A stretch of 57,978 nucleotides of DNA, taken from NCBI GenBank assembly GCA_020632515.1, contig JACKFK010000012.1, positions 1 through 57,978 on the forward strand, in the 5' to 3' direction. Source of the DNA: Candidatus Omnitrophota bacterium (lineage in GTDB: Bacteria > Omnitrophota > Gorgyraeia > Zapsychrales > Zapsychraceae). Both the position numbers and the translations under genes were made by a program. This document shows positions 1-9,331 of this stretch, piece by piece (within the stretch, counting starts at the first letter, position 1; the number at the start of each line of letters is the position of its first letter). Below the pieces are notes generated by a model, which saw only the letters and a program-made list of their open reading frames with translations, had not been told where the DNA came from and did not search any database.

Positions 1-1
1 T

Positions 2-493
2 AAAACGAATACCTCTATCGAAGAATTGATGCATCTATTAAACGATGCCACTGCGAACCGTCCCGATCATCCTGGATATTATCATCTAATGAGCGGTTGC
101 TATGACGAATTAGGAGATTTAGAAAATCAAAGACGTTCAGAAAAATTAGCCAATGAGATTAGACAAAAAAATTATAATCCCACGACAAAAGAAAATTTCA
201 AAAAATTAGATAGCCTCATTTCAGAATTTAATCTCAAGGCCTTGTTTGTTCAGTATCCAATTCGCGATCTAAATAATTTAAAAATTGTCCTTTCTGATTT
301 ACCTGGTTTTAACAACTATTATTTCGTCGACAATGAAAATTCTTTTAAAACATTAACTCAAAGCCAAGGATACGACCAAGTATTTATTGATCGCTTTGCC
401 GGTGACTTTGGCCACTGCACTCCACTTGGCAATAAATTATTAGCATCAAATGTCGCTGAAATAATTCTAAATATAATAAATAAAACAAAATGA
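2..493 (+). CDS. 5'-truncated protein, C-terminal part of a probable SGNH/GDSL-like hydrolase
   Basis: Frame is open to the window edge. C-terminal GDFGHCTPLGNKLLA resembles the SGNH block-V DxxH..G...A motif. Confidence 0.5.
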   Translation, partial: KTNTSIEELMHLLNDATANRPDHPGYYHLMSGCYDELGDLENQRRSEKLANEIRQKNYNPTTKENFKKLDSLISEFNLKALFVQYPIRDLNNLKIVLSDLPGFNNYYFVDNENSFKTLTQSQGYDQVFIDRFAGDFGHCTPLGNKLLASNVAEIILNIINKTK

Positions 494-542
494 AAAAACT
501 AAATCAACTTATATTCTATACGGAAAATTTATAATATAATTC

Positions 543-571
543 TTGCAAAAGAATACCTGGCCCTTTAATAT
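543..571 (+). promoter_or_regulatory. Putative sigma70 promoter for the radical SAM gene
   Basis: TTGCAA-17 nt-TAATAT. Confidence 0.45.
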
Positions 572-645
572 ATTTTATAAATCAACCCGTACCCCAAACA
601 ATATGCCGGGTATAATTTAACTCATCATTCTCAAATACTACCTTC

Positions 646-2169
646 ATGAAAATTGCAATTTTAAATCCTTCTTTTGGTGATAACTTTGTCAGGGTTGCTC
701 GTTGGGCTGCCAAATCTCGTGGACGCGTGCAACGCCATCCTGAATATCTTTTAACCGCGGCTCAAGTTCTCATTGATGCCGGACACGATGTGATCTATGT
801 TGAAGCTGCTGCGCGTAATTTTACCCCGGAACAGTCTTATGAAATCGTTCAGGCACATAAACCTGATCTCTTAGTTATTCACGCAACCACTCCGTCAATT
901 TACAATGATATTGAACAAGCACGAGAAATTAAAAAAAGAACATCTTGTTTAGTTGCCTTTATTGGACAACATGTTTCAGCAGAACCAGAAAATACATTTG
1001 AAATCGGCCGCGGTGTGGTGGATTTTATATTACGACATGAATATGATCATACCCTTCGTGATTTAGCTAATGGCGTACAATATGCAGAAAACTTAGGTAT
1101 GAGCTGGTGGGATGGTGCCCGTATTATTCATAATCCAAATCGTCCCTTACTTGATGTCAATGAACTTCCCTTTCCCGCCTGGCAATTAATTGAACCAGAA
1201 TGGTATCCAGACGGTGGAAAAAAATTTCCCTTTTTAACATTAATGACGGGCCGCGGATGCAATAACGGGTGCACATTCTGTCGGGATCCACAGCTAATGT
1301 ACGGATATAAACTCCGCAACAGAACCGCCATGAAAGTTGTGGATGAAATGGAACACGACTTAAAACTCCATCCACAAATTCGTGAGATTATGTTTGAAAC
1401 CGATACCTTTGCCGCTGATCGTCAGCATGTCATTGATGTGTGCAATGAAATTATCCGCCGCGGACTACATAAAAAAATCAGCTGGTCATGTAATATGCGG
1501 GTTAATACAGATCTAGAAGTCTTACCTCTTATGCGCGAATCCGGTTGCCGTATGTTGATGACAGGTTTTGAATTTGGTTATGATGAAGGATTAAAAGCTG
1601 TAGCAAAAGGCGGGGTCAACGTCAATATGGCACGTAATTATGCTGTCCGCGCCAATGAATTAGGCTTTACAATTCATGGCTGTTTTATGATTGGCGCTCC
1701 CGGAGAAACCAAAGAAACAGCTCAAGAAACTATTGATTTCGCTAAATCTTTACCGCTCGATACTGTTCAAATAACCGGTGTCGCATCGTATCCTGGTACA
1801 GCAATTTATCGCTGGGCCAAAGAGCATAATTATCTCCGAGCCGACGATTGGCGCGAATGGCTCAACGCGGAAAAAGAACAACGAACTCTTTTAGATTATC
1901 CACAATTTTCAAGCCGGGATATTGATGAGTATATTGATAAGGGATTAAAAGAATTCTATCTTCGCCCGAAACAAATGTGGAAAATGTTTATTTCAATCCG
2001 GTCCATCGGAGATTTATTGCGCAAATTATATGGTTTTAAAGCTTTTGTCGATTATTTTGCGAAAAAATTTAAAGATCTTATCAGCGCTAAAAAAGGTAAA
2101 AATACAAATATTGAATTTTCAGTTGAAACTGCAGATTCGCAATCCCAAAAAGAAACAGTCGGCGTTTAA
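646..2169 (+). CDS. B12-binding-domain radical SAM protein
   Basis: CxxxCxxC motif (GRGCNNGCTFC) after an N-terminal cobalamin-binding-like domain; GFEFG and HGCFMIGAPGET segments typical of the family. Confidence 0.85.
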   Translation: MKIAILNPSFGDNFVRVARWAAKSRGRVQRHPEYLLTAAQVLIDAGHDVIYVEAAARNFTPEQSYEIVQAHKPDLLVIHATTPSIYNDIEQAREIKKRTSCLVAFIGQHVSAEPENTFEIGRGVVDFILRHEYDHTLRDLANGVQYAENLGMSWWDGARIIHNPNRPLLDVNELPFPAWQLIEPEWYPDGGKKFPFLTLMTGRGCNNGCTFCRDPQLMYGYKLRNRTAMKVVDEMEHDLKLHPQIREIMFETDTFAADRQHVIDVCNEIIRRGLHKKISWSCNMRVNTDLEVLPLMRESGCRMLMTGFEFGYDEGLKAVAKGGVNVNMARNYAVRANELGFTIHGCFMIGAPGETKETAQETIDFAKSLPLDTVQITGVASYPGTAIYRWAKEHNYLRADDWREWLNAEKEQRTLLDYPQFSSRDIDEYIDKGLKEFYLRPKQMWKMFISIRSIGDLLRKLYGFKAFVDYFAKKFKDLISAKKGKNTNIEFSVETADSQSQKETVGV

Positions 2170-2176
2170 TTCCTAA

Positions 2177-2243
2177 TTGACAAAATATTTATCTTTGTGT
2201 TATAGTCATCCATCAATAAATTAAATTAAATTTTAGCAGGAGG
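2177..2243 (+). promoter_or_regulatory. sigma70 promoter and RBS of the ferredoxin gene
   Basis: TTGACA (2177-2182), 18-nt spacer, extended -10 TGn-TATAGT (2201-2206), AGGAGG at 2238-2243. Confidence 0.7.
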
Positions 2244-2249
2244 AAATCA

Positions 2250-2534
2250 ATGACACACGTAGTAACTCAACCATGTGTTAAGTGTAAATATACAGACTGT
2301 GTTACAGTTTGTCCGGTCGATTGTTTTCATGAAGATGAAGAAATGTTAGTTATTGATCCTGAAGTATGTATCGACTGTGGTGCTTGTGTTCCAGAGTGCC
2401 CTGTTCAGGCAATTTATCCTGAAGAAGATGTTCCCGAAGATCAAAAAAGCTATACCCAATTAAATGCAGACAAAGCGGCAAATCTCCCTGTTATTACCGA
2501 GAAAAAAGAGCCGTTAGCCAAAGACGGTCAATAA
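2250..2534 (+). CDS. fdxA: 7Fe/8Fe ferredoxin, FdxA family
   Basis: [18 protein letters not shown] and [16 protein letters not shown] match the Azotobacter FdI-type pattern. Confidence 0.92.
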   Translation: MTHVVTQPCVKCKYTDCVTVCPVDCFHEDEEMLVIDPEVCIDCGACVPECPVQAIYPEEDVPEDQKSYTQLNADKAANLPVITEKKEPLAKDGQ

Positions 2535-2539
2535 AATAT

Positions 2540-2618
2540 AAAAATCCGGAATTTAAATTTCTAATTTCGAAACCTCCCACATTTTGTTTCGAATGGAAGC
2601 TTTAAATTTCGGATTTTT
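2540..2618. repeat. Long imperfect inverted repeat (~79 nt hairpin; terminator or REP-like element)
   Basis: AAAAATCCGGAATTTAAA (2540-2557) pairs with TTTAAATTTCGGATTTTT (2601-2618); inner TTCGAAAC/GTTTCGAA stem. Confidence 0.75.
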
Positions 2619-2637
2619 TATTCAGAGAAAAAATACT

Positions 2638-3120
2638 ATGTGGTTTTTCATGAATAGTTGTTATGTTTTAAGCATTATTTCCTTCATAGCGTTTATCATC
2701 GGCTTCTTTCAAGCTATTTTTCATTTTCATATTTTTAATGCCAACCATTTGACTTTCATGATTTTAGTTTGCATTATTTATTTTTTTACTGAAACACTCG
2801 TTATTTTCTTCTTTGTCGGAACAGGCGTAAGTGTCAAAGAATATTCGTTGGATAAAAATTTAGGCTCAGAATATCATAAACGCTCAATTAGTATTAAACG
2901 TAAAGTCTATCCCCCACTCTTATTAAACATTCTTTTTATGATTATTCTGTTTATTCTGGTCGGAGCCGTAGATACCTATCGGATTCCTGCATGGGTATAT
3001 TATTTAATTTATATTGGCAGTTTAATTCATTTAATAAAAGTTAAAATCATCCAGAATCAATGTTTCAGGGAAAATACAAAAATTATATTGGATATGTCTG
3101 GAATTCAACCTGTTTATTAA
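2638..3120 (+). CDS. Hypothetical polytopic membrane protein
   Basis: About 4 hydrophobic segments. ATG 2638 preferred because the track's TTG 2584 lies inside the hairpin. Confidence 0.7.
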   Translation: MWFFMNSCYVLSIISFIAFIIGFFQAIFHFHIFNANHLTFMILVCIIYFFTETLVIFFFVGTGVSVKEYSLDKNLGSEYHKRSISIKRKVYPPLLLNILFMIILFILVGAVDTYRIPAWVYYLIYIGSLIHLIKVKIIQNQCFRENTKIILDMSGIQPVY

Positions 3121-3125
3121 GTGCC

Positions 3126-3287
3126 ATGTATTATTTAGTAAAAATTATTCAAGCCACTGGCTTAACCATTATTCTCATTGATTTCGTAAGGAAATTTCCT
3201 CAATTAATGAATCCGCGTATATTTCTTTTAGGAATATTTTTATTTACCTTAGGCTGGGGAGTAAATCACTTACTTATACGGAAGTAA
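3126..3287 (+). CDS. Small 2-TM hypothetical protein (53 aa)
   Basis: ATG 5 nt after the upstream stop; two hydrophobic helices. Confidence 0.55.
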   Translation: MYYLVKIIQATGLTIILIDFVRKFPQLMNPRIFLLGIFLFTLGWGVNHLLIRK

Positions 3288-3292
3288 ATTCT

Positions 3293-3415
3293 ATGAAAAC
3301 AATCCTAAAATTTGATACCGGTGCAGATGGTTTTAAATTCATGATTTATGTCTTAGCGATTACCGCAGTTATAGTTTTAGGGGCGGGGATCTACTTTATC
3401 GTAACCAATTTCTAA
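3293..3415 (+). CDS. Small single-TM protein (40 aa), absent from the ORF track
   Basis: MKTILKFDTGADGFKFMIYVLAITAVIVLGAGIYFIVTNF*, fills the gap between neighbours with 5- and 9-nt spacers. Confidence 0.55.
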   Translation: MKTILKFDTGADGFKFMIYVLAITAVIVLGAGIYFIVTNF

Positions 3416-3424
3416 TTTAAAATT

Positions 3425-3751
3425 ATGAAAAAATTAAAAGCTATTTTTAATCGTCTTAAAGAAAAGTGGGGCATTCAAAGCAACTGGGATTTTTTTATTA
3501 TTAATGTTGTTTTTTCCTTAGCTGGCATGATGATTGTCCATGAACGCCGCCCCATCTTTGAGTTTTTTCACATAACAAAACAAACGCCTTTATGGTTTAA
3601 AATCATTATTTATATCCCTATCTGTTTCCCTCTTTATCAAATCAATCTACTCATATTTGGAACTCTTCTTGGAAAATTCAAATTTTTCTGGAAAAAAGAA
3701 AAACAAATAATTAAGTTTATTCTTAAACCTTTTCTAAATTTAATGAATTGA
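3425..3751 (+). CDS. Small membrane protein (DUF6787-like)
   Basis: RLKEKWG..W-F..I..VFSLAG start and P...YQ..L...G.L.G.F.FFW pattern. Confidence 0.6.
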   Translation: MKKLKAIFNRLKEKWGIQSNWDFFIINVVFSLAGMMIVHERRPIFEFFHITKQTPLWFKIIIYIPICFPLYQINLLIFGTLLGKFKFFWKKEKQIIKFILKPFLNLMN

Positions 3752-4297
3752 GAAACAAGGTTTCAGACAATAATCACTATTTTGAAACTTTGGATAAGAG
3801 CAATTTTCATGCCATTGTTGAAATTCTAACTGTCCCCAGCGAAACGGCATACGATAAACAATATTTTCAGCTTCCACATCAAAAAAAAGATCTACTCCTG
3901 TTATTCTCCCTAACCAAACTCGAATTAACAGCATCTTTTCATTAATCCATTGAATCTCACTAATCCCGTGAATATTAGTCAAATTAAAAGAAATGAGATA
4001 ATTCCGTTCCGTAAAAATTCTAATAAAATAATTACCATCTCTTTCTTTTAAATGGTACGCGTATGCTTGATTAGGAGAAAACTGAATATCGTCACCCAGA
4101 ATATCATTAATGTGTTTTATATTAACAGCACCTTTAATCATCTTCAGGATATCTTGAGCATCTTCGCCCTTTAAATGATAAATTCTTTCTTTATCCCAGC
4201 AATTTGGAGGAGTATGATATTGATTTGCGAAAAGAAGCTGTGAAGAAAAAATTAGATATATGAAAATCGAAGAAATAAAAAACGGCTTAAAAGACAT
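3740..4297 (-). CDS. Hypothetical secreted protein
   Basis: Signal-peptide-like N-terminus; overlaps the DUF420 stop; 12-nt convergent overlap with 3425..3751. Confidence 0.6.
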   Translation of the reverse strand: MSFKPFFISSIFIYLIFSSQLLFANQYHTPPNCWDKERIYHLKGEDAQDILKMIKGAVNIKHINDILGDDIQFSPNQAYAYHLKERDGNYFIRIFTERNYLISFNLTNIHGISEIQWINEKMLLIRVWLGRITGVDLFFDVEAENIVYRMPFRWGQLEFQQWHENCSYPKFQNSDYCLKPCFSIH

Positions 4298-4703
4298 ATA
4301 ACATTAAATAAATAATCACTCCAGTAATGGAAACATAAATCCATGCCGGATAAAGCCAGCGAGTGATCTGGGTGTGGCGCTTAAAATCATTCTTGATAGC
4401 ATGATAAACAGCGACACAGCAGGCCGGAACAATAATAGCGGCTAAAGGGGTATGCGTTAGTAAAATAAAAAAATAAATTACACGCAAAATACCTTCTCTT
4501 TGATAACGTGTGGGGCCTGGAGAAATATAATGATAGGTTAAATAAGACGTCAAGAATAGCGTCGAAGTAATCAGCGCGAAAATCATAAATTGCTTATGCA
4601 AGGATTGATTATTCGCCTTAATCGCTTTATAGCCAAGAAATAAAAAAACACCAGCTGTCGCGTTAAGCCCGGCATTAATCATGGGGAAAATTGTAATATC
4701 CAT
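4287..4703 (-). CDS. DUF420 family membrane protein
   Basis: P.INA.LN, H...M, FL..YL.YH, YF.IL.TH..LA, H....RW..P.W.YVS.TG motifs; typical of cox loci. Confidence 0.85.
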   Translation of the reverse strand: MDITIFPMINAGLNATAGVFLFLGYKAIKANNQSLHKQFMIFALITSTLFLTSYLTYHYISPGPTRYQREGILRVIYFFILLTHTPLAAIIVPACCVAVYHAIKNDFKRHTQITRWLYPAWIYVSITGVIIYLMLYVF

Positions 4704-4704
4704 A

Positions 4705-5295
4705 TTAGCGTTCTTTTAATAATTCCGCAGCGTCTTTAAAAAGTTTATTAACATCCAGCGTTTCTGTTCCTTCATAATAACCGCGAATATATCCGTGCCG
4801 GTCAACTAACGCAAATTTCCCACTGTGAAAGATTGGCTCTTCAATTGAACCTAATTTAAAACTATCAATAACAATTGCGCGTATATCCTCCCGGTTGCCA
4901 CTCAAAAAAAACCAATTATCTGCCTTAGCGGTGACATCATTTTCATATTTTTTTAATACGTCCGGAGTGTCATATTCAGGATTTACAGTGATGGAAACAA
5001 GAGAAATTCCCTTTACTTTTTCAAAAGTACGGCTTAATGATGCCATGTTTTTAGTCATAAGCGGACAAATATCACTACAAGTGGTAAAAATAAAATCTGC
5101 AATCCAAACCTTACCTAATAATTTTCGTGAATGAAACTCTTGTCCATGCTGATCAAGCAAAGAAAACTCTTCTACTTTTCCGATAGCTGGTAGTCTTTCC
5201 TTTTTGAGTTCCTTTTGAAAGGAATAAATTGTAAACGCGGCAAACAGTATTCCTACACTAATAGAAATTCCAATAAAAAAATTACGTTTACGCAT
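4705..5295 (-). CDS. sco: SCO1/SenC copper chaperone
   Basis: FIFTTCSDICP (CxxxC) plus IFHSGKFALVD His. Confidence 0.9.
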   Translation of the reverse strand: MRKRNFFIGISISVGILFAAFTIYSFQKELKKERLPAIGKVEEFSLLDQHGQEFHSRKLLGKVWIADFIFTTCSDICPLMTKNMASLSRTFEKVKGISLVSITVNPEYDTPDVLKKYENDVTAKADNWFFLSGNREDIRAIVIDSFKLGSIEEPIFHSGKFALVDRHGYIRGYYEGTETLDVNKLFKDAAELLKER

Positions 5296-5312
5296 AAGAA
5301 TATTTAATTTTC

Positions 5313-6179
5313 TTAGAAGTTTACATCCACAACGATCAGAAGTAATAATACTGGTAAATAATATACCGTGGTTTTAAGCAAATTCCTGGCATCTAAATTA
5401 GAGTGTGAACGAATAAATATCAGGCTTGATTGCAGAAGAAAGATTCCTGCTAATAATACACCAAAAAAATAAAACTTTCCTGACATTCCAATAAAAACAG
5501 GTATTAAAGAAACTGGTATTAAGATTAAAGAATAGATCATTATTTGTTTAAACGTACGCTTTCCATCTTCCTCGATACAGGGCAACATCTTAAATCCACC
5601 CCGTTTATAATCTTCTTTAAACATCCAGGCAATTGCGTAAAAATGAGGATGTTGCCAGATAAAAAGTATAAGAAACAGTATCCCTGCTTCAAAGCTTAAA
5701 CTTCCTGTCGAAGCAGCCCATCCTCCTAACGGTGGAAGAGCGCCTGGAATCGAACCAACGGTTGTGTTCAACCAGCTGACACGTTTCATCGGTGTATAAA
5801 CCATAATATAAAGAAATGATGTCAATAAACTCAAGAATGCTGTCAAAATATTTGTCTCGATATATAGATAGGCGACGCCAATAAGAGTGAGAATAATACC
5901 AAAAGTTAAAGCGTTAGTCGGTATAATAATGCCTGCTGGAATAGGACGGTTTTTTGTGCGCTGCATCTTTAGATCATATTCCCGCTCCATATAATGATTA
6001 AGTGCACTGGACCCAGCACAAACCAACCCGCTGCCAATCAACAAGTTTATCAATAAAGAAATAGAAGATATTCCTTTACCTCCTAAATAAAATCCAATGG
6101 TGGTTGTAACTAATACAAGTATAAGAATTCGTGGTTTCGTTAATTCAAGATAAGCTGAGATTTTTGATTTTTTTTTCAT
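5313..6179 (-). CDS. ctaB: Heme o synthase (protoheme IX farnesyltransferase)
   Basis: LTKPRI, ALNHYMEREYDLKMQRTKNRPIP, WQHPHFYAIA, DY..GG..ML. Confidence 0.95.
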   Translation of the reverse strand: MKKKSKISAYLELTKPRILILVLVTTTIGFYLGGKGISSISLLINLLIGSGLVCAGSSALNHYMEREYDLKMQRTKNRPIPAGIIIPTNALTFGIILTLIGVAYLYIETNILTAFLSLLTSFLYIMVYTPMKRVSWLNTTVGSIPGALPPLGGWAASTGSLSFEAGILFLILFIWQHPHFYAIAWMFKEDYKRGGFKMLPCIEEDGKRTFKQIMIYSLILIPVSLIPVFIGMSGKFYFFGVLLAGIFLLQSSLIFIRSHSNLDARNLLKTTVYYLPVLLLLIVVDVNF

Positions 6180-7153
6180 TGCTTAAAAAAGACTTTTTTA
6201 AATTCAAAAAAGGATATTGGTGCAACTCTTAAGAGAAACAAGAATGAAATCCCCAGGGTTGCAGCTCCAGTAAAAACATGTAAACTGGTAATAATTGGTG
6301 TTTTCATACTTAAAACTGTGATGATTCCCAAAAGAATCTGAATAATAATAACAGCGTTAAGTGTCGCGAGCGTTGATTTTACACGTACTGCCAAGTCTTT
6401 ACAGTTTAGTACAATCCAATTTAAATAACAAACGATAATAATAATAACTAAAGCCCATAATCGATGCGCGAAATGATATATAATCTGGTTTAAGGTAACA
6501 TTTTCTAAACCATTCATAAAACGCCAATCATTAATAGTGGTGAGCATTTTCTGATTAAAAAGCGGTATCCACTCTCCTCCCATTTTCGGAAAATCATAGA
6601 TCGCTAAACCAGAATGGGTGTGACGCATAACGGCTCCTAAAATAAGTTGAATATATATCGCCCCAACTAATATTACAGAACCTTTAATAATAGACGCATT
6701 AATACTAGCTTTCTCTTTCTGACGATTATTAAATTCAAAAGATAAACTATAACTTAATAAAATTGTCATTAAAAAAAATGTTTGCGCTAAAACACCGTGA
6801 GCGACAGAGACCGGTGTTGGTAAATAAAATAACACTGTAATTCCTCCTAAGACACCTTGAAGAATTACTGCCAATAATGCTACACTTCCTAAAATTTTAA
6901 CCCATCGCCTTTCCTCTTTAATCCAAAGCCAAATACACAAGACCAACATCATAAAACCAATTAAAGATGCGACCATACGATGGCCGTGCTCATAAAAAAC
7001 ACCTCCCACCATTGGTGGAAAAAATGTTCCATACGATAATGGCCAATCAGGCACAGCTAATCCTGACCCTGTGCTGGTGACCATACCTCCAATGAAAATA
7101 AGCAGAAGTGTTGAAAAACACGTAAGTTTTGCAAATATCCGTAACATAAGCAA
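6176..7153 (-). CDS. ctaA: Heme A synthase (COX15/CtaA)
   Basis: GLAVPDWP, YEHGHRM, QGVLGG.TV, VSVAHG, HFAHR, TSLHV histidine motifs. Confidence 0.9.
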   Translation of the reverse strand: MLMLRIFAKLTCFSTLLLIFIGGMVTSTGSGLAVPDWPLSYGTFFPPMVGGVFYEHGHRMVASLIGFMMLVLCIWLWIKEERRWVKILGSVALLAVILQGVLGGITVLFYLPTPVSVAHGVLAQTFFLMTILLSYSLSFEFNNRQKEKASINASIIKGSVILVGAIYIQLILGAVMRHTHSGLAIYDFPKMGGEWIPLFNQKMLTTINDWRFMNGLENVTLNQIIYHFAHRLWALVIIIIVCYLNWIVLNCKDLAVRVKSTLATLNAVIIIQILLGIITVLSMKTPIITSLHVFTGAATLGISFLFLLRVAPISFFEFKKVFFKQ

Positions 7154-7204
7154 ATTTAAAAAATTAAATTATAAAAGGGATTAAAAATATTATGAAATGT
7201 AAAC

Positions 7205-7990
7205 TTAATTCCAAAAATCGTCGTACTCTTCTGAGCCCTCGGCATCAGCAGACACCGCATGTTTGGCCAGCCAAGCATCATATTCATCTTCATGATGAAC
7301 AATGACATTACCACGCATATAATAATGTCCAATACCACACAATTGTGCACAAGCGATTTCCCATTTCCCTGATTTTGTGGGGGTAAACCAAACAGGGATA
7401 CTTAATCCAGGAATAGCATCTTGTTTAACCCGCATGACTGGAATAAAGAAACTATGAATGACATCACGAGAAGTTAAATCAATAATAACTGGCCGGCCTA
7501 TAGGCAAATGCAATTGATTAATCGTGGTAAAATCATCTTTACCGTTGGGATCATTAGGATCAATTCCCATTGGATTAGTCTGTTTATCAAAAAATTCAAT
7601 ATCAGTATTTCCAAAAATACCATCGGCTCCAGGATAATGAACATTCCAGGCGAATTGCTCGGCATTCACGCGAACATTAACAGCATTTGGTCTATTTGGT
7701 AAAGCACTGACCTGTTTAGACCAAAATGGTAAAGAAAAACCAACAAGTAATAAGGCTTCAAAAACGACAATTCCTACTTCGAGATACGACGATATATGCG
7801 AATGAACTCCATGATAATTAGCCTTATGATTTGCTCTTTTTCGAAATTTAAAAACTGCAATAAAAAAATAAATTCCCCATCCGAAAAATAAAGCAAACAT
7901 CAAAAAATGAATTAAATAGATCATCATGTCAATTTCATGACCATGCGAGGAAGCATTTATCGGTAAATAAAAGAATTCACGTAGACTCAT
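7205..7990 (-). CDS. ctaC: Heme-copper oxidase subunit II (CuA), no fused cytochrome c
   Basis: Two TM helices; DVIHSF and CAQLCGIGHYYM CuA ligands. Confidence 0.9.
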   Translation of the reverse strand: MSLREFFYLPINASSHGHEIDMMIYLIHFLMFALFFGWGIYFFIAVFKFRKRANHKANYHGVHSHISSYLEVGIVVFEALLLVGFSLPFWSKQVSALPNRPNAVNVRVNAEQFAWNVHYPGADGIFGNTDIEFFDKQTNPMGIDPNDPNGKDDFTTINQLHLPIGRPVIIDLTSRDVIHSFFIPVMRVKQDAIPGLSIPVWFTPTKSGKWEIACAQLCGIGHYYMRGNVIVHHEDEYDAWLAKHAVSADAEGSEEYDDFWN

Positions 7991-8217
7991 TTATTCTCCA
8001 GCGAATTTAAGGTGATTTTCTCATATCTTCGTAAACGAAAGATAAATTTTACAAAAAATGATAATACAAAGATTGTAATGAGTAAAAGCGTTAAAATTGA
8101 CCACTTCAAAGCATTAATTGAAGGATCATTTGAAACATTAGAAAAGCAAACACTGCAGGCATTAACAGAAATTACAGAACTAAAATAGAAAAATATTGTC
8201 AAAATTAAAAAATTCAT
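7987..8217 (-). CDS. Small membrane protein with CxxC (ACSVCF), in the oxidase operon
   Basis: 4-nt overlaps with both neighbours; signal/TM, CxxC, TM. Confidence 0.7.
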   Translation of the reverse strand: MNFLILTIFFYFSSVISVNACSVCFSNVSNDPSINALKWSILTLLLITIFVLSFFVKFIFRLRRYEKITLNSLENK

Positions 8218-8414
8218 TTTAATTGCCGTGTTTTTGAAATAAATTTAACTTCATAAAAGATCAGAGCGATTACTATAATCAATGAAGAAACTGAGGTAAT
8301 AAGATAACTTGATTGCCTTTCCATTTGATAATATCCAAAGGCCCAATACGCAAACCATCCGGATAAAAGAATTGAAAAAATAATAAAGATAATATGAAAT
8401 CCTTTAAGGGACAT
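8214..8414 (-). CDS. Small 2-TM protein in the oxidase operon
   Basis: MSLKGFHIIFI start overlapping the subunit IV stop; two TM helices. Confidence 0.65.
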   Translation of the reverse strand: MSLKGFHIIFIIFSILLSGWFAYWAFGYYQMERQSSYLITSVSSLIIVIALIFYEVKFISKTRQLK

Positions 8415-8718
8415 GATGTAATCCTTCATAAATACTATAATGACTTACATAAATTAAAAGAAGCATCGAAATGAAAAAAAATCCTGTAAATATCAATAAC
8501 CAATAAATTACAGGTCTTTCCGTTGCCAAATGCATAAAAAAACTAGCAACTAATGAAGCTTTAAAAGTTGCTATGATTAAGGCTAAAATAATTGCCAGAT
8601 GAACTGCCAGATGGAATTTAGCAGCCAACACAGTAACTACTGTGAAAATTAATAGAGCAAAATATATTTTTTTATATTTTTTGATATCTTTTTCTAAATT
8701 GTGTGCACCTGAGGACAT
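8404..8718 (-). CDS. ctaF: Cytochrome c oxidase subunit IV family protein
   Basis: 3 TM; IATFKASLVASFFMHL motif. Confidence 0.85.
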   Translation of the reverse strand: MSSGAHNLEKDIKKYKKIYFALLIFTVVTVLAAKFHLAVHLAIILALIIATFKASLVASFFMHLATERPVIYWLLIFTGFFFISMLLLIYVSHYSIYEGLHHVP

Positions 8719-8737
8719 TACATATCTCCCAAAAAAT

Positions 8738-9331
8738 TTACAGTAAATAAAGAATTGGAAATAAAAAAATCCAAACTAAATCAACAAAATGCCAATATAA
8801 TCCAACAATTTCAATACGGTTCGTAAATCGATCTGCCTGGGTCTCCCACATTTTGGAACCAGGTCCCCAAAAATAAGTTAAAACAACAATTCCACCTATA
8901 ATATGTAATGCATGTAATCCCGTTAAGGTAAAATAAATAGCCAAAAAGGTACTTTCTTTTGGAAAATGATGGTGTTCAAATTTAGCACCGTATTCAAAAC
9001 TCTTGACGACTAAAAAAAGCAAAGCTAATAAAATCGTTATTCCTAAGAAATTCTTAAATCGCGCGAAATTATTTTCCTTAAGCGATGTCCAAGAAAAAAC
9101 CATAGTAACACTCGAAGTGATTAAGACAGCCGTATTAAATGTACCTATAGGAACATTTAACAGACTAGCTCCATGAGGCCAATGCTCAGCCCCAATGCGT
9201 AAAATAACATAAGTTGAAAATAAAGCTCCAAATAACATTACCTCTGAAGCAAGAAATAACCAAATACCCAATTTTGCGTTAAAAACGCCAGTATCTTTAC
9301 GTTCTTCGACGGTATACGGAATGACATCCAT
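8738..9331 (-). CDS. ctaE: Heme-copper oxidase subunit III (short form)
   Basis: LGIWLFLASEVMLF, TGLHALH, YWHFVDLVW. Confidence 0.92.
   Translation of the reverse strand: MDVIPYTVEERKDTGVFNAKLGIWLFLASEVMLFGALFSTYVILRIGAEHWPHGASLLNVPIGTFNTAVLITSSVTMVFSWTSLKENNFARFKNFLGITILLALLFLVVKSFEYGAKFEHHHFPKESTFLAIYFTLTGLHALHIIGGIVVLTYFWGPGSKMWETQADRFTNRIEIVGLYWHFVDLVWIFLFPILYLL

Noticed and set aside
2584-2637. Track start at TTG 2584
   Set aside because: It falls inside the long hairpin; ATG 2638 is more plausible.
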